Source of the DNA: an uncultured bacterium | GTDB taxonomy: Bacteria; Patescibacteriota; Minisyncoccia; Moranbacterales; UBA2206 | NCBI GenBank assembly: GCA_903937035.1 | Contig: CAIZXS010000020.1 | Location: 3,443 to 67,442, forward strand | Length of the DNA stretch: 64,000 nt | Direction of reading: 5' to 3' | In this document: positions 47,150-57,104 of the stretch, piece by piece | Numbering within the stretch: position 1 is the stretch's first letter | How the letters are laid out: each line of letters opens with the position of its first letter | Translations under genes and position numbers: made by a program | The notes under the pieces: generated by a model | What the model was told of the DNA's origin: nothing | Database searches by the model: none | Seen by the model: the letters and a program-made list of their open reading frames with translations, nothing else

Positions 47150-48202
47150 TTATTTACTCAGTTCTGCTTCAATTGATGATTTCAATTGTTCATAGGAAAC
47201 AGCACCCTCTTGGAATTGATCATTCACAAACACGCCTGGCGTTCCAGAAATAGCGAAACTATCTGCTTCTTTTTTATCGCTGTCAATCCTATCTTGATAT
47301 TTTTTACTATCCAAGCACTGGTTAAACTTAGCACTATCCAATTTTAAAATCCTCGCATACTCCTTAAATTTATTCACATCCTTAGTTCCACCCCAAACTG
47401 TTTGATCGGCATAAAGTTTGTCAGCGTATTCCCAGAATTTTTCTTGTTCTAAGGCGCATGCAGAGGCGAGCGCGGCACTATTGGCTTGGGGATGAATCTC
47501 AAGTGGCAAGAATTTATAATCAAAAGCAACCCTATCACCATAGTTTTTAATCGCATCCCGCATTGCTTTGTGAAAAAGCTTGCAATACGGACATTGAAAA
47601 TCAGAAAAAACTATTACCTTAACCTTGGTCTCAACTGCCCCGGCGATAGCATCACCTTCATTGATTGTAGGAGTGGCAAGATATTTTCCCACAGGAATCC
47701 CAATATCCTGCGTTCGCAGGGAAAACTGACTGTTCTTTTCATCAAAAAGAGTTTTTGCTTGTGTGTAGAAATCGGTTTTTGTCACAGGCTCTGCGAAAAT
47801 AAAAGCTGGCAATGTTTTTATTCCAAATCTCTCAATCAACTCCTTGCCGTTGTCTGATTTATAGTCGACTTTTTCAGTTGAAACAGTTGGCACAATACGA
47901 CGAAGCCAAACTAACACCTCGGAAACATCACATTTCTCACATGCATCATCATTAATTAATGAAACTGTGACAGCCGGCTCACTATAAGCCACCCATGTTT
48001 TTCCACTAGCTTCAAAAATATCAGATTTATTGAGATTTTTTTCAGAAAAACCACTCTTTCTCACAAGCTGCGCAGTATCAATAAAAAGGCTCCCTAAAAA
48101 CATTCCCAAAAGCAAGATGATAATGGAAATCAAATTTTGCGTTTTCTTTTTTTGCTCCAGAATCTCCTTTGCCTCGATTTCTTTTTGCATATCCTCTTCC
48201 AT
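47150..48202 (-). CDS. Membrane-anchored DsbA/BdbD-like thiol-disulfide oxidoreductase with two thioredoxin-like domains
   Basis: TM; CEKC..TLP domain; FSDFQCPYC, HP.A..AA.A, GTP. Confidence 0.88.
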   Translation of the reverse strand: MEEDMQKEIEAKEILEQKKKTQNLISIIILLLGMFLGSLFIDTAQLVRKSGFSEKNLNKSDIFEASGKTWVAYSEPAVTVSLINDDACEKCDVSEVLVWLRRIVPTVSTEKVDYKSDNGKELIERFGIKTLPAFIFAEPVTKTDFYTQAKTLFDEKNSQFSLRTQDIGIPVGKYLATPTINEGDAIAGAVETKVKVIVFSDFQCPYCKLFHKAMRDAIKNYGDRVAFDYKFLPLEIHPQANSAALASACALEQEKFWEYADKLYADQTVWGGTKDVNKFKEYARILKLDSAKFNQCLDSKKYQDRIDSDKKEADSFAISGTPGVFVNDQFQEGAVSYEQLKSSIEAELSK

Positions 48203-48229
48203 AAGCTTATTTTAGATTATTTAAAAAAT

Positions 48230-48727
48230 TTAATTTCCTTCTTGATTAGTCGCCCCTTCAGGACTGGTCTGAGCACCGTCTGACGCCGGAGCATCTGAAT
48301 CATCGATGCTTCCTGAATCATCGACACTACCCTGCTCTTGCGATTTTGTATCATCCTCAATTTGCTTTTGCAATTTAGTCTGAATCTCATTGATATCAAA
48401 GCTTTGCGGTTTTATCTTCATCAAATAGTCATCATAGCCAATAGTAATTTTTTTCAGTGCTTCAGCTTTAAATGCAATACCAACCAAAAATCCAAGTATT
48501 AGCGTGAGAATAAGGCGTGAGCGCAGTTCCGATTTAGTTTTTTTAGCACGCGCTTCTTTCTCGATTTCATCATCTCCGCCAATAGCTTCTCCCGCATTTT
48601 CTTCCTGTGGATCATCTGCCTTGTCCGATTGGGAAATTTCAGCATCTTGAATCTTATTTTCTTCGTTAGTTTCCATACTTCGATACGACGAAGCGTTCTC
48701 TTGGTTTACCATAACTCTTTTACCCAC
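48230..48727 (-). CDS. Single-TM acidic hypothetical protein
   Basis: LILGFLVGIAFK.EA...ITIGYDDY core; start uncertain. Confidence 0.7.
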   Translation of the reverse strand: MGKRVMVNQENASSYRSMETNEENKIQDAEISQSDKADDPQEENAGEAIGGDDEIEKEARAKKTKSELRSRLILTLILGFLVGIAFKAEALKKITIGYDDYLMKIKPQSFDINEIQTKLQKQIEDDTKSQEQGSVDDSGSIDDSDAPASDGAQTSPEGATNQEGN

Positions 48728-48824
48728 CGCAACCCTAGGGTGGAGAGTTCCTGCAAAGAAGATTGGCGTAGTCGATTTATGACTTATACTTTCTTAAATT
48801 CCTTGCTAGCAGTCTACCACAAAC

Positions 48825-48852
48825 AAAAAAGCGCTACAACTTGCGCTTTTTT
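48825..48852 (-). terminator. Intrinsic terminator
   Basis: aaaaaagcgc-tacaactt-gcgctttttt. Confidence 0.65.
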
Positions 48853-48878
48853 AGGATTTATTGTGTAATTTTTCAAGG

Positions 48879-50132
48879 CTAATCCTTGCGTAAAGCCTCC
48901 ATCGGACTTAAACGCGAAGCCGTGCGGGCAGGATAATAGCCAAAAATTACGCCTGTGGCGACAGAAAAACTAACTGCGAGACTAATCGCATTAGCACTAA
49001 GATTAAAATTAATAGGAAAACCAAAAGAAGCAGATGCATAGGAAAGAACCAGGAGCAAAAAATAACCCAAAATAATTCCGACCATTCCGCCAAAAAAAGT
49101 GATGAAAATTGCTTCCCAAAGAAACTGGCGTAAGATATTTTTCGACTTAGCCCCAACAGCTTTTCGCAAGCCAATCTCAAATGTCCGCTCCGCCACAGCC
49201 ACATACATCACATTCATAATTCCCACTCCACCTACAATCAAAGAAATTGAAGTAAGCGCCAAAAGCAAAATATTGATCGTTTTGAAAACTTTTTCAATCG
49301 TCGCTTGCGCTTCCTTGATCGAGGTCACGCCAAAATCATCTTTGTTGGGATCGGTGATTTTATGTAAACGGCGCATCTCTGCGGTGAGCTCAGCTGAGGT
49401 CACATCGATCAATTTTTCATTGCTCACCTTGACCATAATAAAACGGATGTAGTTGATGCCGAGAATCTTTTTTTGCATCGTCTGGACTGGGATATAGATG
49501 AGATCATCATAGTTAAAACCAGCCACCGCTCCCCGCTCACCAGCCAGTCCGACCACTTTGTAGTTTTGATTATTGATGCGAATGTTTTTTCCTAACGGAT
49601 TATCGTCACCAAAAAAAGCCTCTCGGATATTGCTACCGATAACCGCCACTTGCGCCAGACTTTCATCATCACTCTGTGAAAAAAATGCACCTTCGGTCAA
49701 TTTAGTGTTTTGATCAATTTGATTATATTGCGCGCCAACACCAAACAAAAAAACTCGCTTATTAGTATTTTGATAGCTCGCCAGTTCTTGTGTCATTGTT
49801 CCTGAAGCATAGGCTGCGATATTAGGCACTTTGCTGATTTCTTTCGCGTCGTCAATCGTCATGGTTGTGATTTGAATGCCCGACGCCTGACCAACGGCAT
49901 TTTGGGTTGAGGCTTTGCCGGTAGCGGGCACTTTTACTTCAATCTGAATCAGATCTGTGCCAAAAGCACCCACTTGACTCAAGATAAATCCCTTAACCCC
50001 CTGCCCGAGAGAACTAACTAGAATAACAGCAATCACTCCAATCACAACCCCGACCAAAGTCAAAATTGTTCGTCCCATATTAGAGCGAAGATTTTTAAAA
50101 GCTAATTTAATTGAGACTACTAGCTCATGCAT
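48879..50132 (-). CDS. MacB/FtsX-type ABC permease
   Basis: RT.LT..GV.IG, GGVGIMNVM..ER..EIGLRKAVGA, PMEALR. Confidence 0.93.
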   Translation of the reverse strand: MHELVVSIKLAFKNLRSNMGRTILTLVGVVIGVIAVILVSSLGQGVKGFILSQVGAFGTDLIQIEVKVPATGKASTQNAVGQASGIQITTMTIDDAKEISKVPNIAAYASGTMTQELASYQNTNKRVFLFGVGAQYNQIDQNTKLTEGAFFSQSDDESLAQVAVIGSNIREAFFGDDNPLGKNIRINNQNYKVVGLAGERGAVAGFNYDDLIYIPVQTMQKKILGINYIRFIMVKVSNEKLIDVTSAELTAEMRRLHKITDPNKDDFGVTSIKEAQATIEKVFKTINILLLALTSISLIVGGVGIMNVMYVAVAERTFEIGLRKAVGAKSKNILRQFLWEAIFITFFGGMVGIILGYFLLLVLSYASASFGFPINFNLSANAISLAVSFSVATGVIFGYYPARTASRLSPMEALRKD

Positions 50133-50171
50133 GTTCTATAATATAAAAACCAATTAAAAATGATGCACCCC

Positions 50172-50308
50172 TTAATTTCAAAATCCTAATGCCAAATTTC
50201 CAATCAACCTCAAAATTCAAAGCTCAAAATATTTTTTGACATTTGGATTTTTAATTTTGTTTGACATTGGAAATTTGAGCTTTGAAATTATCTTGGATTT
50301 GGATTTAG
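50172..50308. repeat. Heptamer-periodic long hairpin
   Basis: taatttcaaaatcctaat... ...attttgtttgacattggaaatttgagctttgaaatta; shares blocks with 54118-54272. Confidence 0.75.
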
Positions 50309-50313
50309 CAATT

Positions 50314-51555
50314 TTACTCGTATCTCAGCGCCTCCATCGGGCTTATCTTTGAAGCTTTGCGAGCAGGATATATTCCAAAAATTAGGCCGATGGCAACAGA
50401 GACTGAAGTTGCGAGAAATATGGCGCTAAGAGTAATAATAAATTCCCAATCATATCCGAGACTTTTAATAATTACTGCGGCCAAGAACGCCACTAAAATA
50501 CCAAAAATTATGCCAAAAATCCCCCCCATCAGTGTGATAAAAATTGACTCAATGAGAAACTGCGAAATAATATGGATATTTTTTGCTCCAACTGCCTTCC
50601 TAAGTCCCACCTCTCTTACTCGCTGATGGACAGAAATAAGCATAATATTCATGATGCCCACGCCACCCACAATAAGTGAAATAGCAGCCACAGCAGCCAA
50701 GAAATATTTCAAAACATTTGTCACGGTTGTGAGCGTTTCAATCGCTTGAGCACTATTTCTTACAGAAAAATCGTCACTCGCATCTGCCCTTATTTTGTGT
50801 TGCTCACGCAAAGTTTTTTTCACATCAATAACGGCACGTTCTAAGTTATCTTTGGAATCAACCTTTATCCGCATAAAATTGATGTAATCAATTCCCAAAA
50901 GTAATTTTTGACCACTAAAAAGAGGAACGTAAATCATATTATCAGTATTGGAAAATCCAACTGAACCACGTTCAGCTAGAACGCCCACAACAGTAAAATT
51001 TGTGTCTTTCAAGGTAATTGTTTTTCCAATCGGATCAACATTTGGAAAAAGATCATGCACTCTATTGGACCCGAGAACTGCCACGTGTGCCAAATTTGTA
51101 TCTTCCTCTTTAATAAAAAATCGGCCGGATTTTAGCTTTATGTCCTCGACGCCCAAGAGGCTAGCAGTAACTCCTTGATAACTAGTTTGATATGAGCCAT
51201 TCTTATTCTTCAGCGTCGCAGAACCTGTCACGTAGGCCACAGCGTCTACCAAGCTTGGCACATTTCTTTTTTCTTGTAGAGCTTTAAGATCGGCGTATTT
51301 CAGAGTCGTCACAACGATTCCCATGGCTGATGCCGGCGGCCCCTCCTCTTCTGACGCTCCCGGCAAAACTCCAATTAGATTTGATCCAACGCCAGAAACT
51401 TGATTTAGAATAAGTTTTTGAGCACTTCCACCGATTGCCATCACCACAATCACGGAAGCAATTCCAATTATGATCCCCAGAATCGTCAAAAAAGAACGGA
51501 GCTTGGCCGCTACTAAATTTTTGTAGGAAATTTTAATTGGAGAAAGGATATTCAT
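50314..51555 (-). CDS. MacB/FtsX-type ABC permease
   Basis: RSFLTILGIIIG, GGVGIMNIM, SPMEALRYE. Confidence 0.93.
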   Translation of the reverse strand: MNILSPIKISYKNLVAAKLRSFLTILGIIIGIASVIVVMAIGGSAQKLILNQVSGVGSNLIGVLPGASEEEGPPASAMGIVVTTLKYADLKALQEKRNVPSLVDAVAYVTGSATLKNKNGSYQTSYQGVTASLLGVEDIKLKSGRFFIKEEDTNLAHVAVLGSNRVHDLFPNVDPIGKTITLKDTNFTVVGVLAERGSVGFSNTDNMIYVPLFSGQKLLLGIDYINFMRIKVDSKDNLERAVIDVKKTLREQHKIRADASDDFSVRNSAQAIETLTTVTNVLKYFLAAVAAISLIVGGVGIMNIMLISVHQRVREVGLRKAVGAKNIHIISQFLIESIFITLMGGIFGIIFGILVAFLAAVIIKSLGYDWEFIITLSAIFLATSVSVAIGLIFGIYPARKASKISPMEALRYE

Positions 51556-51556
51556 A

Positions 51557-51686
51557 AATCAAAATGGAAAAATCAAAAATCAAAATGACAAAGCAAAATT
51601 AAAAATGAGTTTTAGCAATTTTGTATTTTACATTGTCATTTTCCCTACCTACCGGCAGGCAGACATTTTGAGCTTTGATTTTTCCA
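51557..51686. repeat. Heptamer-periodic hairpin with a nested CCTACCTACCGGCAGGCAG element
   Basis: caaaatg gaaaaat caaaaat caaaatg aca ... tgtcatttt [ccctacctaccggcaggcag] acattttgagctttgatttttccatt. Confidence 0.7.
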
Positions 51687-51687
51687 T

Positions 51688-52416
51688 TTACTTTAATAGT
51701 TCCTTCTCTCCATCCGCAATCCGCCTATGCTTCACCGGATCATCTGCAATAATACTACCATCCTTAACATAGATTATTCTTTTTGCATGTTCGGCAGTAT
51801 ACGTCTCATGTGTAACCAAAATTACGGTATGCCCAGAATCATTTAATTTCTGTAAAATTTTCATCACTTGAAGCCCTGACTTTGAATCCAGATTTCCTGT
51901 TGGCTCATCAGCAAAAATCACCTCTGGATCATTGACTAGGGCTCTTGCTATTGCCACGCGCTGTTTTTCCCCACCAGACAATTGGTTGGAAAAATATTGT
52001 GCCCGATGTTCCATGTCAACAGCATTAAGGGCATCCATCACTTTTTTGGCATTGCTTTTATTTGGCTTTTCATCATAAAGCAAGGGAAGCTCGACATTTT
52101 CGAATACTGTCGTTCTGGACAGCAAATTAAAAGACTGAAAGACAAAGCCAATTTTTCTATTCCTAATCCTAGCCAAAGTATCATCATCAAATGTGAAAGT
52201 ATCTTTGCCTTCGAAAAAATATTTCCCCTCCGTCGGCCGATCCAGAAATCCCAAAATTTGCATCAAAGTTGATTTACCAGAACCTGATGGGCCCATAATA
52301 GAAATGAACTCACCTTTTTCAATTTCAAATGTCGCGCCACAAAGCGCCCGCGTTTCCACACCGTCATTAGAATAGGTCTTGCAAAGATTTCTAACTTGAA
52401 TTAGGGGGTTTGACAT
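51688..52416 (-). CDS. ABC ATP-binding protein (LolD/MacB-type)
   Basis: [29 protein letters not shown]. Confidence 0.95.
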   Translation of the reverse strand: MSNPLIQVRNLCKTYSNDGVETRALCGATFEIEKGEFISIMGPSGSGKSTLMQILGFLDRPTEGKYFFEGKDTFTFDDDTLARIRNRKIGFVFQSFNLLSRTTVFENVELPLLYDEKPNKSNAKKVMDALNAVDMEHRAQYFSNQLSGGEKQRVAIARALVNDPEVIFADEPTGNLDSKSGLQVMKILQKLNDSGHTVILVTHETYTAEHAKRIIYVKDGSIIADDPVKHRRIADGEKELLK

Positions 52417-52485
52417 AAAAAATGATTAGACTATCATAGAATACAAGAAGCTGGTTCCTTTTTAAAACGCTTATTCGAAAGGAAG

Positions 52486-52746
52486 ATGCCCATGATATTC
52501 AAAACAGATACAATACTTTGCAGTTTGGCAAAATGCGAAAAATGCATTTACCGAAAAAATTGCGGTAGGACTTTTGAAGCGTGCAAGGGTAAATTTTTTT
52601 TCCCTGCATACTGCGGATATTGCACTAATGAAACAGGTAGTGGATGCTCAAAAAATCTGAGTATCTACAATCTTGACTCACCTCCAGATTGCTGGGATTT
52701 TTTTCCAAAAACAGTTTGGGGCGTAACAGTTGGCGCAAGAATTTAA
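52486..52746 (+). CDS. Small Cys-rich hypothetical protein
   Basis: AAAGGAAG before ATG; 10 Cys in 86 aa; fills the gap between the adaptor and ATPase genes on the opposite strand. Confidence 0.55.
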   Translation: MPMIFKTDTILCSLAKCEKCIYRKNCGRTFEACKGKFFFPAYCGYCTNETGSGCSKNLSIYNLDSPPDCWDFFPKTVWGVTVGARI

Positions 52747-52812
52747 GCTCCCACTCCGCCGAAAAGCATGCAGTATGTCAGCGAACATACATAAGCCATG
52801 CTTTCTTTTTAT

Positions 52813-54111
52813 TTAAATCGCTTTTGTAAAAGTAACGACTTTGTCACCATTTTTTAAGCCAGATTTTGCCTCAACCATCCCCCCATCACCCTCAAGTCCA
52901 GTGGTAATTTTCACTTCTTGGACCAAATTATTATCACTCAAAACATCCACAAATTTCTCTCCATTTCTGATTTTAATGGCTCTAAGAGGAATCATAAGCA
53001 CATCACCTTTTTCATTGGTCCGCACATCAACATTGGCACTCATTCCTGGCTTCAACCTCAAATCAATTGTGGAAAGTTTCAACTTAATCCCATAATAAAC
53101 TACGTCTTGAATAACAGTTTCAGCTGGATTAATTTCAATGAGCTCTGCCTCGAATTCATCGCCAGTTGGCAGCGCATCAAAAGTAACTTTGGCTTTTTGA
53201 CCAAGCTTTAGTTTCACAATATCCGACTCGGGAATATTAGACTCAATAATAAAATCATCAGCAATAATCCGCGCAAAGGATTCTTTAATCACGCCGGTAC
53301 CCAAAATTTCTCCCACCTTATTATTCACTTCCACGATTGTGCCAGAAACCGGTGCTTTGAGCACGGCTTTCGAGAGATTATTGAGCGCAATCTCATAATT
53401 GGCTTTGGCGTTGTCCACCGAGGCGTTCTTGGAATTGAGCGTGAAATCCGATTCAGTCGTTTTCAATCTAGCTTTCGCCGCGTCCAAAGAATTCTCCGCC
53501 GAAGTAATCGCCAAATCGCGAGATTTTTTAGCAGTATCCAATGCTTCCTCGGCCGCTTTCTTGCTGTTTAGGGCCGTAGTCAAAGTCAACTTATTATTCT
53601 TGGTCGGGCTGTCATTATAAAAATCCAACGCGTCAGAATAATAGTCCTTGGCATTATCGAGTGCCGTCTCCGCCGCGTCAACTCTTTGTTTTTCCAACTT
53701 CTCTGTTTCATCCAAAAAATTATCAGCATTATCCACCGCCACGTCTGATTCACGGATTGCATCATTATTTGATCCAGCATCGGCCACCGCTTTGTTGAGT
53801 GTTGCCTTCGCTACCGCGACTTGACCGGACAGATTGACATTGTCAAGCATCGCGATTGAATCACCCGCAGCTACCTTGTTGCCTTTTTTAATGAAGACTT
53901 TGCTAATTCTTCCACCCAATTCGAAATTAAGCACGATCTCAGAGTCATCCTTTAAATCCCCGGTCGCTGAAACAGTTTGCGATAGATTTCCTTTTTCCAC
54001 CGTTGCGGTCGTATATTCAACTTTGGGTTTTTTGGATTTGGAATAGAAAAAATAGCCTCCGGCAACAAACAAGATTAGGACAAATATGATGGTTTTTTTG
54101 TATCTAAACAT
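52813..54111 (-). CDS. Efflux periplasmic adaptor (MacA/HlyD-like)
   Basis: TM; VSATG, lipoyl halves GRI..V....G..V..G and LKAPVSG, coiled coil, LKPGMSA. Confidence 0.92.
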   Translation of the reverse strand: MFRYKKTIIFVLILFVAGGYFFYSKSKKPKVEYTTATVEKGNLSQTVSATGDLKDDSEIVLNFELGGRISKVFIKKGNKVAAGDSIAMLDNVNLSGQVAVAKATLNKAVADAGSNNDAIRESDVAVDNADNFLDETEKLEKQRVDAAETALDNAKDYYSDALDFYNDSPTKNNKLTLTTALNSKKAAEEALDTAKKSRDLAITSAENSLDAAKARLKTTESDFTLNSKNASVDNAKANYEIALNNLSKAVLKAPVSGTIVEVNNKVGEILGTGVIKESFARIIADDFIIESNIPESDIVKLKLGQKAKVTFDALPTGDEFEAELIEINPAETVIQDVVYYGIKLKLSTIDLRLKPGMSANVDVRTNEKGDVLMIPLRAIKIRNGEKFVDVLSDNNLVQEVKITTGLEGDGGMVEAKSGLKNGDKVVTFTKAI

Positions 54112-54117
54112 GAGTTT

Positions 54118-54272
54118 TTAATTTCAAAATCCTAATTTCAAATGTCAAATCAATGCCAAAATCCAAATAACAAAATAATTCTAGTGGCTTACTTTTTTGG
54201 ATTTTGTTTGACATTGGAAATTGGAAATTTGGAATTATTATCGAATTGATTCAACATTAGGATTTTTAAATT
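54118..54272. repeat. Heptamer-periodic long hairpin
   Basis: taatttcaaaatcctaatttcaaatgtcaaatcaa ... ttttgtttgacattggaaattggaaatttggaatta. Confidence 0.75.
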
Positions 54273-54279
54273 TCATAGT

Positions 54280-54711
54280 TTACATTAAAATCCCTTGCTT
54301 TTTCTGTCCATCCAACGCTTCATTCACCAGCGCATCCGCAATGGTATTTTTCTCCCTAGGTATATGATAAAACCTAACTGATTTAAAATCAAGCATAAGA
54401 TTCCAAATTTCAATAAAATTCTTTTGAATATATTCCTCTTTCAATTTATACTCGTGATTCAATTGTTTTACAACCAATTCTGAATCTAAACGACATTCAA
54501 TCTCATATTGTCGCGTCTTATCCTTGCCTAAAAGTTGCTTTAGCTTTTTCAGTCCAAATATGAGCGCAGCGTATTCAGCGACATTATTTGTTGCAATGCC
54601 AATGCATTCGCCATATTTTTTGTCTAATGTTTCTACCCAAACACCAATTCCCGCCGGTCCGGGATTGCCCCTTGATCCACCATCGGTATAAATTACGATT
54701 TTATTTGACAT
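54280..54711 (-). CDS. rnhA: Ribonuclease HI
   Basis: YTDGGSRGNPG, TNNVAEY, DSELVV, N..AD.L.N. Confidence 0.93.
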   Translation of the reverse strand: MSNKIVIYTDGGSRGNPGPAGIGVWVETLDKKYGECIGIATNNVAEYAALIFGLKKLKQLLGKDKTRQYEIECRLDSELVVKQLNHEYKLKEEYIQKNFIEIWNLMLDFKSVRFYHIPREKNTIADALVNEALDGQKKQGILM

Positions 54712-54756
54712 AAAATGATGTATTAAATATTACATGATTTACGCGCTTGTCCTGTA

Positions 54757-56469
54757 TTATACAGATTGTCGCAAATCAATTATTTTCATTTGAATTTTTT
54801 TACTTCCATTCCATTCGTCCTCGCTTAAATTGAAAACAATATCAATCTGATCATCATTTTTTAAATCAGGAAATTCAGTTCCTAGCTTAAATCCGATCGC
54901 ATCAAATATCTTTGGATTTCCATCTGTTGACCGAAGTGCTAGTTTCAAATGTTTACTACCATTTCCCACCATTCTCACATCACTGATACGCATATTGCGA
55001 AGCATGAACACGGGCTCTTTGTTTCCCATTCCAAATGGTTCCATTTGCCTCAGTTCACTAATAAACTTCCATTCGATATCTTCTGCTTTTAGCTCAGAAT
55101 CAATTACTATGGTGGAAATTATTTCTTTTTCTGTAAGTTCAAGCTCAATGATCTCTGTCATTTTTGCACAAAATTGCAAAACGTTTTCCGGCACGATTCG
55201 CACACCAGCCGCCTGAGAATGTCCACCGAATTTAGAAAGCAAGTCAGCACACTGCTCCAAGCATTCCACAATATTAATCTCTGGAATACTACGAAGAGAT
55301 CCCACATACTCTTTTTCTTGAATTTGAAAAACAACTGCCGGTTTCTTATATTTGTCCACTACCTTTCCAGCAACAAGACCCAAAATTCCGACTGGCCAAT
55401 GTTCACTCTTAGCAAAAACGAATTTCTTGTCGGAAAAATCACGCTCAGCAACTTCTTCAATCTCTTTGACGATTTCTGCGGTCATTTTTTGTCTTTCTTG
55501 ATTTTTTTCTTCAACTTCCAATGCCAGAACTCGCGCTGCAACACGATCCTTTTCCATGATTAGCTTATAGGAGACACTAGCATGATCCATCCTGCCAGCC
55601 GCATTTATTCTCGGCGCGATCTGATAGGCAATTTTTTGCGTATCAGGAATATTATCCTCTGAAATTTCAATCCGCCCAACCTTAAACATTTCCAAAAGTC
55701 CCACGCGGCGCGTTTTGGAAAGCACAACTAGTCCGTATTTTACAAATGTACGATTTTCTCCAAGTAGTTGCACGCAATCAGCTACAGTCCCAATCGCCAC
55801 AAGATCAAGCATCCACTTCAGCTGATCAATCTTCTCTGGTGCCATCTTTTGATATAGAGCCTGAGCCAATTTAAATGCCACTCCAACACCAGCTAGATCA
55901 GAAAAATCGAAACCGGAATTTTCAAGATGCGGATTGATAACCGCGACTGCTTTTGGTAAAATTTCTGGCGCATGATGGTGATCAGTTATGATCACATCTA
56001 TTCCTAAACTTTTCGCTTTTTCTACTTCAGGGACATTGGTTATTCCCGAGTCCACAGTAATAATTAAAGTAACTCCCTCCTTTTGTAAAAATTCAATTGC
56101 CCTATCATTCATACCATAGCCCTCTAATTGGCGGTCAGGGATATAATAAGTCAGATTGGCGAAACCTAGACTTTCTAAGGTTTCATGAAGCAATGCTGTT
56201 GCGGTAACTCCATCGGCGTCGTAATCACCAAAAATAGCCACCTTTTCCTGATGTTTCTGCGCAATCACAATTCGAGCCACAGCGTCAGACATTCCAGAAA
56301 TCTTCAAAAGATTATCCGAAACAACATAATTAAAACTAAAAAAATCCTCAATTTCTTCTTGAGACACAATACCTCGTCCGGATAATAATTCCAAGATTCG
56401 AGAACTATACTTTTCCGACAAAGAAAAGGCGTTATTATTTTTTTCTCTCAATTCCCATTTTTTTTGCAT
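54757..56469 (-). CDS. recJ: ssDNA exonuclease RecJ
   Basis: DYDADG, TVDSG, TDHH, GTVAD, PRINAAGR, GGH..AAG. Confidence 0.96.
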   Translation of the reverse strand: MQKKWELREKNNNAFSLSEKYSSRILELLSGRGIVSQEEIEDFFSFNYVVSDNLLKISGMSDAVARIVIAQKHQEKVAIFGDYDADGVTATALLHETLESLGFANLTYYIPDRQLEGYGMNDRAIEFLQKEGVTLIITVDSGITNVPEVEKAKSLGIDVIITDHHHAPEILPKAVAVINPHLENSGFDFSDLAGVGVAFKLAQALYQKMAPEKIDQLKWMLDLVAIGTVADCVQLLGENRTFVKYGLVVLSKTRRVGLLEMFKVGRIEISEDNIPDTQKIAYQIAPRINAAGRMDHASVSYKLIMEKDRVAARVLALEVEEKNQERQKMTAEIVKEIEEVAERDFSDKKFVFAKSEHWPVGILGLVAGKVVDKYKKPAVVFQIQEKEYVGSLRSIPEINIVECLEQCADLLSKFGGHSQAAGVRIVPENVLQFCAKMTEIIELELTEKEIISTIVIDSELKAEDIEWKFISELRQMEPFGMGNKEPVFMLRNMRISDVRMVGNGSKHLKLALRSTDGNPKIFDAIGFKLGTEFPDLKNDDQIDIVFNLSEDEWNGSKKIQMKIIDLRQSV

Positions 56470-56525
56470 TTCTTGTTTTTTTCAGATTATTCAGCCTGTC
56501 AGCAATATTGCACAAACTGTCAACA

Positions 56526-57095
56526 CTACGCTTGACTAGAATCACACCTCAAGCAAATAATTTTTCCTGTAAATTCTCTTCTTTCCACATTTGTCATTTC
56601 CATATTCAATACCAAATCCTCTCCACAATTTGTACAAGAAAAATCTTCTTTCAATCCCAAGTCATTTGTTAATTTAGAAATATCCCCACCCTTAATATTT
56701 AATTTCAATTTATATCTAACTCGACTAAACAAACCAACAACGCGTGCCACAACCTCCTTTGGCGTAATCATACCTGCTACGAAGAATTCCTTAACTCCCG
56801 CCTCGTCTGCTTTTTTTCGATCCTCTTCTCTTCCAATATGCGAAGACATCACTACTGGAATATTGCTTGTTGCAACATTTTTTGAAAGGGCCTCCTTCAT
56901 TCCAAATCCATCCATCTTTGGCATGATAATACCAGAAAAAATAACGTCGGGAATATTTGCAATTGCCTTATTTATTCCGTCCAGTCCATCTTCCGCTTCT
57001 ATTACCTTAAAGCCTTCCGCCCTAAACACATCTGAATATAGGCTTCTTGTCGCTGCATCATCATCAACAATCAAAATTTTATATTTCTTTTCCAT
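56526..57095 (-). CDS. Atypical response-regulator receiver domain with C-terminal zinc ribbon
   Basis: ILIVDDD, PDVIFSGIIMP (Gly at the phospho-Asp position), C-terminal CTNC...CLRC. Confidence 0.82.
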   Translation of the reverse strand: MEKKYKILIVDDDAATRSLYSDVFRAEGFKVIEAEDGLDGINKAIANIPDVIFSGIIMPKMDGFGMKEALSKNVATSNIPVVMSSHIGREEDRKKADEAGVKEFFVAGMITPKEVVARVVGLFSRVRYKLKLNIKGGDISKLTNDLGLKEDFSCTNCGEDLVLNMEMTNVERREFTGKIICLRCDSSQA

Positions 57096-57104
57096 ATATT
57101 AAAT

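Noticed and set aside
52486-52746. Small Cys proteins (also 21998-22228) as the Trm112 partner
   Set aside because: They lack the L.CP..K..L...C......YPI..GIP pattern and are not linked to the methyltransferase
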